Shown: positions 12,301-24,300 of the stretch, in pieces | Numbering within the stretch: the stretch's first letter is position 1 | Layout of the letters: each line of letters opens with the position of its first letter | DNA from: Phoronis australis | Taxonomy: Eukaryota; Animalia; Phoronida | Direction: 5' to 3' | NCBI GenBank assembly: GCA_002633005.1 | Contig: NMRA01000605.1 | Coordinates: 1-64,000 of the forward strand | DNA length: 64,000 nt | The notes under the pieces: model-generated | Database searches by the model: none | Seen by the model: the letters and a program-made list of their open reading frames with translations, nothing else | Told to the model about the DNA's origin: nothing | Position numbers and translations under genes: made by a program

Positions 12301-15300
12301 CTTCGAAAATTTCTGTTTCTTCATTTCAGTAGTTCGTCAAAGTCGTACAAGAGAGGCTGCACTCTTCACAGAGCTTCACAGGAAACTGAAGTCTCAGGTT
12401 CACATTTGCCAGTTCTCAGCACTTGACTTTAAGTTTTGTACTCTGGACCCTAGTGCTTTGAAGTGTGGATTGAACACTGATTTCCATTCAGTATATTAAT
12501 TTATCATGTTTACTATCTCTGTGATTATGGCAAATTTTTTTTATAATAATAAACGCTAAATTTCAAGTAAAATCATTTTCATGTTCTCCCTATTTGTATT
12601 GTGCAGGAGCCGTAAGAATATTCAGTTTCCAAACTGTTGTGACTGTTATAAGTAATCATCTGAACTGTTTGTTATAGGGTGCAGTTCAAAACAGAGTTGG
12701 TATATTGCACTTGCTGCTGCTTTTGGGAGAGGAGGCTTCATCTGCTAAAACTAAGGTATTCTTGTCAATGTATATTTAACAAAGTTGTTGCTGTTGTCAA
12801 CAGTGCAGGTCACCAATGCGACCTCACATTGTGTTTGGCGACCTGCAGGTCACCAATGAGACCTCACACTGTTTTTGGCGACCTGCAGGTCACCAATGCT
12901 ACTTCAAACTGTGTTTGGCAACCTGCAGGTCACCAATGCCGCCTCAGATTGTGTTTGGCAACCGGAGAAAATTCCCAAGTTGCTACAAAGTCGCCAGTAT
13001 GAGTATCAAAGCCGGACAATAATTAGCCCGATATTTGTTTCAAAGTTCTTGTTGAATTCCAAATGCTACGTGGCGTCGAGTTTGGTGTGAACTGAGCACG
13101 TTTGAATTAAATTCTGTACAAAGTCTAGTAATAGTAATCCAGCAAGTATGTGTGTTATTTTGCGTGAGTTATTCTCAGGCTGTGAGAAGTGTCGCTCACA
13201 TCAAAGTACGGGACCCCCAGTCACATAATGAAGAAATGGTTTAGATGTCAAATGATATGTTTATCTTTTACAATATCAAGTGACAGATCCAAGTTTGGAT
13301 AAAGTCACCACCACCATGTTTAGTATTCTCTTAAATGGCAAATCAGATTAATCACATTCTGATATTCCAGAAGCCTGCTATCAATCCCTTTGCTAAACAC
13401 CTGGCTGGTTATGCGACCTCCACCCCTCAGTATGGCGGTGTACGTCAGCCCCCAGAGACACCAGCCCTAGGCCTCAGTAGTCTTCACTCCAGGACTGTGA
13501 ACTCCACAAAGAGTAGTGGCATAAGCAGTATACGTAGCGGGGACGCCACTGGCCCCACCCCCCAAGCCCAGAGCTTTGCCCCCAGGTGAGGGATTGCTGT
13601 AAACACATCAACAAAAAAGATCATTGTAAATGTTTAAGTGGCTAATGAAGGCTGTATAGCTCATGAAACTGCTTGCTTTTTTACTCACTGAAAGTTATAA
13701 TAACCAATAACTTGTAATAACAACTAGATGGTGAGTGCTCAGTTAAAATTCCTTGTGCATTTATTTTTGGAGAATTAATTTGTTGTATTGAAAACTAACT
13801 GATTTTCTCAGAGTCTTGCAAATGGTGAGTGAAAGGTCATACAGCAAAGCATTGAACTTACTATTGATGATTGGTGGGGTTTCTTTGCGTGTGTTTTGTT
13901 TACCCACCGGAAGTCATGAAGCTTATCTGCAATTGGCCATTTATCCTTATAGCTATTTACCCACTCCACTGGCAGATGCTGGTTCCCAGTACAGTGATGC
14001 AAGCCATAGACCTCTTGGACATAGATTGGCATGGACTGTGTCCAAGCAAAGGGAAACATGTAAGTGTCCAGAATGCTGGATCAGTAGGGTATGACTAGAT
14101 CAGTGTAGATCAGGAAACTATCTGGGATGTTCAAGACTTGTTTTTCAATCTTATAGAACTTTGGATTGCCAGGTGTTTGCTGCTAGTTAGTTAAAGTGGC
14201 TTGCTCACTTGAGAAAATCCAAACTTCATTTCAGATTCCTCTGACTATCGTGCAAAATGTGTCTCGAGTCACGACAGACAAATAAAAATTTCCATTCCCA
14301 TATTGATCATTTATCAATTTGGTTCTTCAAGAGAGTTCTAATTTAAAAAAGCAATCAGTTTAAACGGATTGGTCAACTTTTCTGCCAAATTTTCTCTGGA
14401 TCATGTCCACTGCTGGTGTCCTCAGTTTGTTTGAATGGTAGAAACCCACGGCTGCCCCGACAAGGAAAATTTTAAGACCATTAGCTACCCAGCTTCGTGA
14501 TTTTAATTTTAAGACCGCTGAAAGGGAGAAATCTCCGTTTAAGTGTAAGTGGTCTGCAGAGAACTATTGTTCGTCTGTGTGAGTATTGTTATATTAGAGA
14601 TGTTGTTACCTTATGTCGCTGTAAATCTTGTGGATCCTCGTTGAACAGTAGCTGAAATATTGTAAAGTCTCACCAATTTAGGAGTGATATGGATGATGCA
14701 TGATGTTTCTTTTCTTCAGTTTTCCCATAAAATATGTGTAGCACCAAATTAATGCTTCACCATAGATACCATTAGGCCATGTTTTGAAAAATAATCAACA
14801 TCCATGGCAATGTTAGAAGCTCGAAATTGGTGTTAGTTTACCGTAACCTTTAAATTACATGTAAGTTTTTTCTCTTGTTAGTAATACTTTTCTGTAACTA
14901 TTGATTCTTCTACAGCCACAGCTGCGCCTTCAAATCTTGCCATCACAGCCAGAAGTAATCAAACAAGTGTGAGGACACGGCAAGCCCTAGAAAACAGTAA
15001 GAATCATAGCTTACATAGAGAAGTTTCATTTTTGGTAACTGTTGATCTATTTTGTGAAATCTTGAATGGCTTAATTTTAACTAATATTTACTAACAATAA
15101 TGTTCTATCTCTGTCAAAACAATCCTTCTCATTTCCCAGCCTCTTATGAAGTGCCCGAGTCTGTGCTACTGCGAGAAGTCATGTACATATTCCAAGGTAT
15201 TGAAGGCAAGTTGATCAGGATGGACCCCACTAGGGAGAGCTTCAAGATTGATGCTAAGGTATTAAGCTAAGTTTGAAAAAGCTTTGTCAAACATAATAGT

Positions 15301-18300
15301 TAGTTACCTTATTTGACATTTTTCTCCGAGCTTCAATTTCCTTACTCCCTATCTAACCATTGCTTGGTTAGCTTGAAAAGATTGTGAATCAGGCCTGTCA
15401 AGAGGGGTCGCTACTGTGACCATGAAGTCTGCTTGAAAGTGCCTATCGTAGTGAATTCCTGATTACCATAGTGACTACATTATTGCACAGTGATAATAAT
15501 AGAAGGACAGGTTTCATTCCGCATTTTGCCATTTATAGTTTTTTACAATTTGAGAAACCTGTTCTGATGTTTTTAAGGTTGGAATCTCCAAAGCCATGCG
15601 TAAGTCAGTCAGTAAGATGGCAGAGTGTGGTTGGCTTTACAACAAGATTCGTAAATACGTTGATTCAAGGAGGTCTGATAAATCATTTGGTCTGGTAGGC
15701 CAGAGTTTCTGTGCTGCTCTGCACCAAGAATTGACAGAATATTACAGAATGATCGCAGTCTTGGAAGCCCAGGTAAGACGTGTTATGTTAGTTAGTGTTG
15801 GCCTCGCATCCCAGTGGTGTCAATACTGAATGTTAGAGTTCATATTATAGTGCATCATTAGTAAAAGGTCTTACTGAGGGGGAAAATATCCTATATGTTT
15901 GTGCTTGTCAATGAGTATTTGTGTTTGTCAAAAAAGTATTTTCAATTAATTTTTTCCAGCCATATGCTTCACCTTTATGCACAAATGCTTAAATTAATCA
16001 CATGTCAACATCTACAGTACCGTTACAGATTTCTGAAACTTCACTCTCTCCTTGGTTTTGTTTGTTTGTGGATAGTTAAGAACATGTCGTCTGGTGTAAA
16101 ACGTTGTCCAGGGCAGAGTCAGAAGCCCTTTTCTGCAGATAAGATTTTGGATTAAGAAAGTAGCATAACTTTTGAAGCTGAGAACTATTTGTTGTATATC
16201 TGACTTATTACAATTCACGGTATATGTTACCATTACGTCATGTATTAACATATTAAGTTCAGTGAGGAACCTTTAAGACTAACTAGTTCTTTGCACTACT
16301 GCAAATTAGCGTGGTTCACCAACTAAACACCTTCAGAGAATTCTGAAAATTAGTCGTCAAACCTCTATGTGTGTTTCAATAGACTTAAATGCTGAAAAGT
16401 TTGAATTTTCGATGTTTGGTCAGTCAGGAAAATTTGAAAAATTACTAAAAAAATATGCAAATGTGTTGTCCAGAATAGTCAAATGCAATTTTGGTGGTGC
16501 TCAGGTCTGTTTTGAGGTGGCATGTGTGTGTGCTTGTTGTTTTAGTTTCACCAGGAGGATGACGAAGGTGTCAGCTTGCCCAGTGAGGGTCTAACTCTGA
16601 GACAATTGGCTATTTGGACTTCAGAGCCTCTAGTGAGGTTAAAGGCCCTTGCTGCTCTAGTTGATATTTGTAAAGGTAGCTTGATTTAATTTGTTTTTTT
16701 TTTTAAAGAATTATAGGGACATTGAATGTATTCATGCGCAGGATGTTTTGTAGTCTGTAATGAATTAAAAGTTTGACCCAAGTTGTCGCAGTACATAGAG
16801 GGAGCTAGTAGGCTCACAGTCACCTTGACAACCTCAACATGTGGGGGTTCACTAAGATGTTAGTTTCAGTTGTGGCTTATGTATTGGGTTTAAACTAGAT
16901 CTGAAATGATTTTGAAAATGTATCGTTATTGGCAAAAACCTTATTTCGGTACGAATGCGGTGGCGTTTGAAGTCGGAAGACATTGGAGTGACAGAGAATA
17001 GACATCTTTATTCCACAACCTCCATGGGAAATCCAAAACACTGACACATAGTGACCACCAAAACAACAGTGGTGACATCTGGTGGCCATTTAAAATATTA
17101 CTAGATAGGCAATACACAATAACCCTATGACTCGTTTCAGGTAAGAAAGGTGGTGCCCTGGCCTCTGCTGTCCACTCCTACCTGCAGCACGGTGACCCCT
17201 TCCTGCAGACCTTGGTCAAACACACACTCACCCTGGTGGTACAGCCTGTCTTCAGTCAGATCATACGATGGATGTACGATGGCGAACTGGAGGATATTTA
17301 TCATGAGGTATGCACTTTCTGGCAGTGACATTGACGAAACATGTTGCTCTACAACAATTATAGTCATTGATAAGTTAATGAATGTGGTAAATATTGAAGG
17401 CCTTACCAGATAAATTACGGGTGGACTAATTACTTTGTTTTTGTGTTACACTTACAGTAAAGGATTATTGTCATAAGTGAATGCAGTAATTTTTAAAATA
17501 AACTGCGCAACATCAAATTTTAACGGTTTTAAGAGTCATGCTAATGTTGCTACTTAGCCATTATTTTTGGCTAAATTTCATAATAATCTATTAACGCTCT
17601 TATTCTTGCCTTTCTGATGTGTACAATTAACATTGAACCTGTTGCTGGTCACACTTTGTGTCGAAAATTACCGTAAAAATTCAGGCATTACTGGATAAAT
17701 ACATTCAACACAGCAATATTGTGGATGTTTAATCATGTTGATTTTGTCATTCTAGTTCTTTGTGGCATCTGATCCAACAGTGAAGGATGACCGACTGTGG
17801 CATGACAAATACAGCCTTCGCAAGTCAATGATTCCGTCATTTCTGACTATGGAGCAGGCTAAAAAGGTATTTAAAAGAATTATTCCACAATCTCTTAATG
17901 TTAAGTATGAACAAAAAATACTTGCATACTGAAAGTTTGAACAATTTTGCAAGACAAAATGTTTTATTTGTTATATTCACCAAGGATGAATCAATGTCAA
18001 TAGGAATGTTAAGAAGGAATTTTCTGAGTCCAATGATTTGGCCAACATTTACGAGTGGAATTGAGCAATAACTTAGTTTGGTTTCATATTTTGTGTTATT
18101 GTGCAAACTTTCAGGCAATGACTTACCAAATTGAAAACGAAATCCAGTTTAACAGTGAACTTCTGTACCTAATGTGGTAAGGATAGCACTGATGTGGTGT
18201 TGATCTCATCTGCATGCGAACACTGTTAGCTGTTTTTGTTACTAGGTTATTGCTACAATCATGCTGCATCTTGGTTGCTGCCATGGTTAACATGACTGAA

Positions 18301-21300
18301 CACCCTGTGTCAGAGAAATGCTGTGAGATGCAAAAACCCTGAGACTGGGAATTACAATCATTTTTGCGATATTGACAGTGTAAATTTAGTTTGCCTTAAT
18401 TTACAGTTGATGAACATAACACAGTGATGTTTGAGATGTTCTGACTGCTTTTCAATTTTGCAGATTTTACTCACTGGTAAATCTATCAACTTCTTGAGGA
18501 TCATGTGTCATGATAGGACGCAGATCAAGACTAGGGACATTGTCAAGGGTGTGGAAGTCAAGCGAGGTGAACGCATGTTGCTGTTATTTGCTTTGTAGGC
18601 ATATGTATGTTTGATATCTAATGTTAGCATTAAACAATCTAGTTATAAGTAGCAAGTTTTGCAACATTTTCAGGAGATGAGAGATGTTGACAAAAGTCTG
18701 TGTCTTGGCCATTCAACGTGGTTAGTTGTCAAGTAATTGTTGTTTAACTTTGTCAACATTAATACCTTCATGATCTGTGATCATGTGATTTTGCAGATCT
18801 CATTTTGCGCTATGGGTAAACTTAAAAACATTTTGCTTGACCTAGGTTGGTATGCTCCATGTGTCTCTAGTTTTGTTTTTGTTTGGTTGAGTAAGTCAGC
18901 TGTGATATTGGAGTAATCTGATTTATGCTATTTACATCGGACAAGTAATAGAGACCTAGCTTTAAATTGTTCTCTGAACTTACTAATCTGAGGTACTCGT
19001 AACTTGACATCTATTCACATTGTAGGTGACACAATGTTCCTGCAGGATCTTGATGGAGTGTTCCAAAGAATGGTGGACACAGTCTACAAAGAGACAAGTA
19101 AACACCTTCTGGAGGTTCTACACAACAAATACAAGTTTATGGACCACCTGAAGGTAAGGATTTGTATGTAGAGGGAGCTGCTATCAGTTCTTAATGCAAG
19201 AAATGAATGAGTGTAGTCAGTCCCCACATTATGGATGAATAGACAAAGTGTGGCTTTGAGTTGGATATTCTTTTAAACCCCCTGCAGCGCTAGGGTGGAA
19301 CCCTTTGTATTGTTTTTTATTACGGCATTGCCTATTAGTGCCTGTCTCAAATAAGCAAGAGGTAAAGCTAACTGAAATAATGTCTCTGACTGCAATTCAC
19401 TGTTTTACTGGATAGTCCAGGGCCTACTGTCAAGTAAATGCCACTTTACATAATGCATGGAAATTAATGAATAGATGCCTTGTATAATTTAAAGATAACG
19501 AGTGACATAATGGTTGTTTTAAAAACATAACATACAAAAGCCTGCTCCTCACTCATCTGGATATGGTTGTCAAGTGAAACATTGTTTTGAACAATGTTCA
19601 TTTATAAAATTCTACCAAACATACCATGCAGTTGGTAACAACAGTCACCAGTAAGTGGGCGCCAGATCTGCAAAACTGGCCTTGTTGAATATGCGCCGGC
19701 TTTTAAATAATCTCCGGATTTTGGAATAAGTGCCGGTTTGGAATAAGTGGCGGGTCAAAAATTGCCTTTGAAAAAATAAACGCCCTGGCACTGATATGCG
19801 ACGCTGCTGTACCCTAATTCGTTCTAATATTTAAGGTAGGTACGCAATAAAACTACTGACTGAGTGGAGCAGATTAATGTCTTGAAGGGGAAGATTCACC
19901 TCCTCTTGATTTGTTCTTGCTTGAAATTTGGGATGTCATCTTGACCTAATTAGTGCAACATGGGTCAGATTAGCTGTGATTTCTGATCTTTGGTAGAGGA
20001 TTGGAGCCATTTGCTATTGCTCACCTCATAAAATGATCCGAGTTCGGCCAACTTATTGAACCCGATCTTGAGTGCTGTTGACCTGTCATGCTCTGCTCAG
20101 CCACAGAATGGTCAGCCATTTACCAAATGTGTATATTGACTTGTTTCAGGCCATGAGACGCTACTTACTACTTGGTCAGGGTGACTTCATCAGGCATTTA
20201 ATGGACTTATTGGAGTGAGTACTGTATGGAAAATAGCAGGAGAAATAATGACGATTATATCAAATTTATAATGAAATCGAAGTCTCCATTACATCCTACT
20301 ATATTTGATATGTTCTTTGGTATTAAAATGTTGACTACATAAAGCCCAGTCGTTTTCTACACTTAAAAGGAGAATGCCACCCGATTTAATTAGTCTTATT
20401 TGCTGTCTTAATCAGTCTCCACATCGCCTCTCATACGGTGGACCTTACATTACCGAGAGGTATCGCGTTAACCTGTGAGGAAGGTGAGAAACGACACAGC
20501 GACGTCAGAGTGAATGCTGCTATGTTGCGGTGCATCGTTTCCGTTTGTTCGAACTACAGCTGCGAGGAAAGCGTGTATATCGTTTTTTCCACTTCCTCGA
20601 GAGTTCAAAATGCTTAGGAAGTGGCTCGCGGTAGTGCAGAATGAAAAGTACGCTGTAAATAACAAGTATGAGGCCGTGAAACATCTGCGTGTCTTTGGCC
20701 TGCAGTCGTCGACAGTACCTGACGAATGCCGGCTTACCAAATAACTATCCATACGTTCCGTTGTCTGAGCTTGTTCACGGCGCCTCTCTAGTATTTTTTC
20801 ATCACTGTATTCTTGTTCGAACTGATAGCCTGTGAAACTTAACAATTCACCTGTGAAGTCTTCGTAGGGATGAGCTCTTGTGTAAGTCGGTATTGTGAGC
20901 TGCCATGTTGACGTTTATTACTGAGCATTGTGTTTCAAAATGAATTATTCTCACCCTAACCAATACTTATATAAAACTAAAACAAAGGCTATCTCATTAA
21001 ATGCAATTTGTAATGCCTTTGGAGTGCTCGTGAGTGCAAATGATTTGAGATGCCAGCAATGAATGAATCACTGCGTTACCGGCTTTAAGTGCAATAAAAC
21101 TAATTGACGGGACACTGAGCTCATGATGCTAATTCAGTGTTTGCTGACAGAACCTGTTGTGAAACGACTCGATTTCTATCCCACGGCCAAATGTTAGGGG
21201 AATCTTTATTTACATTTACATTATTCAAATAATTATTGTCAATGTACAACTTCCGCCCTGACGATTCTGCGGCCAAAGGGGAATCTAGAGTGAATTCAGT

Positions 21301-24300
21301 CGCGGCTCCCCCGGCCGACAAGTAAGTAGATTTGTAGTCTTGTGGCTTCATCAATATAATCACGTGTACATTACTTCTTTGGCTACTAGTATAGTATTTT
21401 CTTGACTGGAAGTTTAGTTTCCAACTTTGGCTGGTTTATGTTCGTGATGTCTTCAGTCCGACGGTGACGGGCCTGTTTCGGAGCCACTCAGGGGCCGGGA
21501 TAAAGAGTCACTGAGTCCGTCCGCGACGGGCCTGATCGGGCTCCGAGCCTCTGGCCAGGATAACAAGCGTTTTGTATGTTTAGAACTCAAAAAATCACAA
21601 GGTTAAACAACACAGATCTAGGTTTTCCTGTCTGCATCTCACTAAAAAATACTTCGAATTTATCTTCAAACAGACCCCTGGCTCCTGCTGCGGACCTGCC
21701 AAACTTTGCAGGCTATGGTGTGTCCATACCAATAATTCTTAATCAGCGAAATAAAACAACCTTGTATTTTTAAGTGTTTTACATCGAAGTTTAATGATTT
21801 ATTGGTGTTGAACGATGAATTCAAGCGATAAGCTGACACCAGTAACCCGTGTTGTGAACTGCTGAACAGACTATTCGATCTAAATTGATACAAATTAGGT
21901 TGTTTTTTGGGTGGCATGCTCCTTTAAGTTTATTCCAATCCATATCGACTTGTTAAAAATGAAAATGTAACTCAGGGGGACATATTTTGGAAGTTTTAAA
22001 AGTAGTTATTCAGAGCATGTGTTATTCATAACTTTACATGAACACCATCAATGTGTGTACTTTCACAGGGAAGACCTTGCTAAACCTGCTGCTACACTAT
22101 ATGTGCACAATCTGACGGGCATTCTGGAGACTGCCATACGTGCCACTAACGCTCAGTTTGATGATAATGACATTCTAAAGCGTCTGGATGTACGACTTCT
22201 AGAGGTACTGTGAAGTATGGACAATTTTTCACTGTTTTGAGCAACACCATCTGTTTAATTAGAAAAGTTGCAGCTTGGTCATCTTGGACTACTCAAGTCT
22301 TATAACACATCCAAGGATTTACTTTAAAATTGACAGAAGGTATCATCTCTGCATTCGTCTTCAGTATAGGTGGCAGAGACAACACAAAACTAAGGCATTT
22401 GATCACTTCTGCCGATTTTTAAAGTATAAGGCAGCTTAAACCTAACTTCTGGGCTTCAGTAGAACCACAGTGTATAAAAATGTTTGCGATTGAATTACAA
22501 TATATTATTACTCAGGACTGGACTCTTTGTGACTATGTCCATACTTAAAACAATATGGCTGTATGCAGGTGAAGTGTTAGGGTACATAATCGCAGCTATT
22601 TTAGGACCTTAGTTCATGGTTTCATGTTTGAAAAGCTTCTAATAAGTATTAACAATACTTCAAATAGTGCACAGGATGTCTTTCTTTTAGTAATCACCAT
22701 TTTCCACCTGAATTTTGATGTGAAACATAATGTGAAAACAGAAATTGGCCTGCAATTTCTACTTTAAAATTATGGCATTGTCATTTGTTTCATTCAATTC
22801 CTTTGCTTTAAGTCAATGCAAAGAAAAAATAGTTTTGATGTCCCTAATGTGAGGTTTGCCATTCACTGACTTTCAATTCGACACTGTTTCTGAATACTTC
22901 CAGGTATCGCCAGGTGACACTGGTTGGGATGTGTTCAGTCTGGACTACCATGTGGATGGACCTATCAGAACAGTAAGTAGGCGTGACACTTAATATGTAA
23001 ATTGTTTGTGGATAGACCTTTCAGAACATTAAGTGAGCATGATACTCGAGTAAATTTCTTGTGGATGGACCTATCAGAACAGTAAGTAGGCATGATACTC
23101 ATGTAAATTGCTTATGGGTGGACCTATCAGAACATTAGCAGTAAATTACAATCAACACAAGTTACTTATTTAAAAAATAGAGTACAATACCCTTTGAACC
23201 CTCCTTCATTTTGTGATTTTGACTTGACTGGTAAAGTGCTTCTTCAGACTATCTTACCTATGTATGTTTTTGTTTTTAGTGTTTTAATTTGAATTATTGC
23301 CTTATATCGTGGAAAAGGAATGTTTGACAGATATTGATTTTATTTAAGGGTTCATAAGACATTAACATTTGGTGAAATAGGTGGTTTACCTTCTTGCAGC
23401 ACTATCTCCATTCAGGTGGTCACTTAATACCTTTGTGGTTATTCAGGTGTTCACTCCAGAAACAGTCATTATTTACCTTCGTGTCTTCAACTTCTTGTGG
23501 AGAGCTAAACGAATGGAATATATCCTGAGTGGCATATGGAAGGCGCAGACATGGAATGCCAGGGCCTTCAAACAAATACCAGGTGAGGTTAGAGGTTCGA
23601 GTATAGAAATAAAATTTTGTTGACATTGCTGAGTCTTCTAGAATCCTTCCTCAAAACAATAATTACTCTCCTGTACCATAAACAGTAGGACATTGTCATT
23701 TCAGAAGAATAGGATTTGCTGTAAATATTTTTGCATCTGTAAGATAGACACGCAGTGTCAGCTGTATAATATTATGTAGGTCTGCTCAGTGAGCGCTACT
23801 TATTTAATATCTTATTTAACCTTATTCTTGTTTTTTTCTGTGGTGTCATCGTGTTTTCAAAAGTAATGTTTAAGAAGTGGTACAAATGATATGTTGTAAG
23901 TTGTAAGCAAAAACTGAATTGATGAAATTGTTGTGGAGTATTAATGATAGGAAAATTGAATTTTTGTAATGGATATATTAAAAAAATCTTATTAAATTTG
24001 TGTCTGATTTGGGAAGATGGAGTTGAATAATTGTCTGTCACGTTGATTTAGATGTGAAAGATGAAAAATGTGCTCTTGTAAGCCATGTTGGTTTTGTTAC
24101 AGAGCTGACTCCCATCATGCATCAGTGTCACGTGATCGCCAGCGAGATGATTCATTTCATTCAACAAGTACAGTACTATATCAACTTTGAGGTACACCAC
24201 TCACCCTGTCGTCTGAAATTGATGTCTTTGGCAAAATTAAGCGGGGTTGCCTTACAGCACTTATGAAAGACATACTATTCATTTTTCCAGTCTTAACAGT

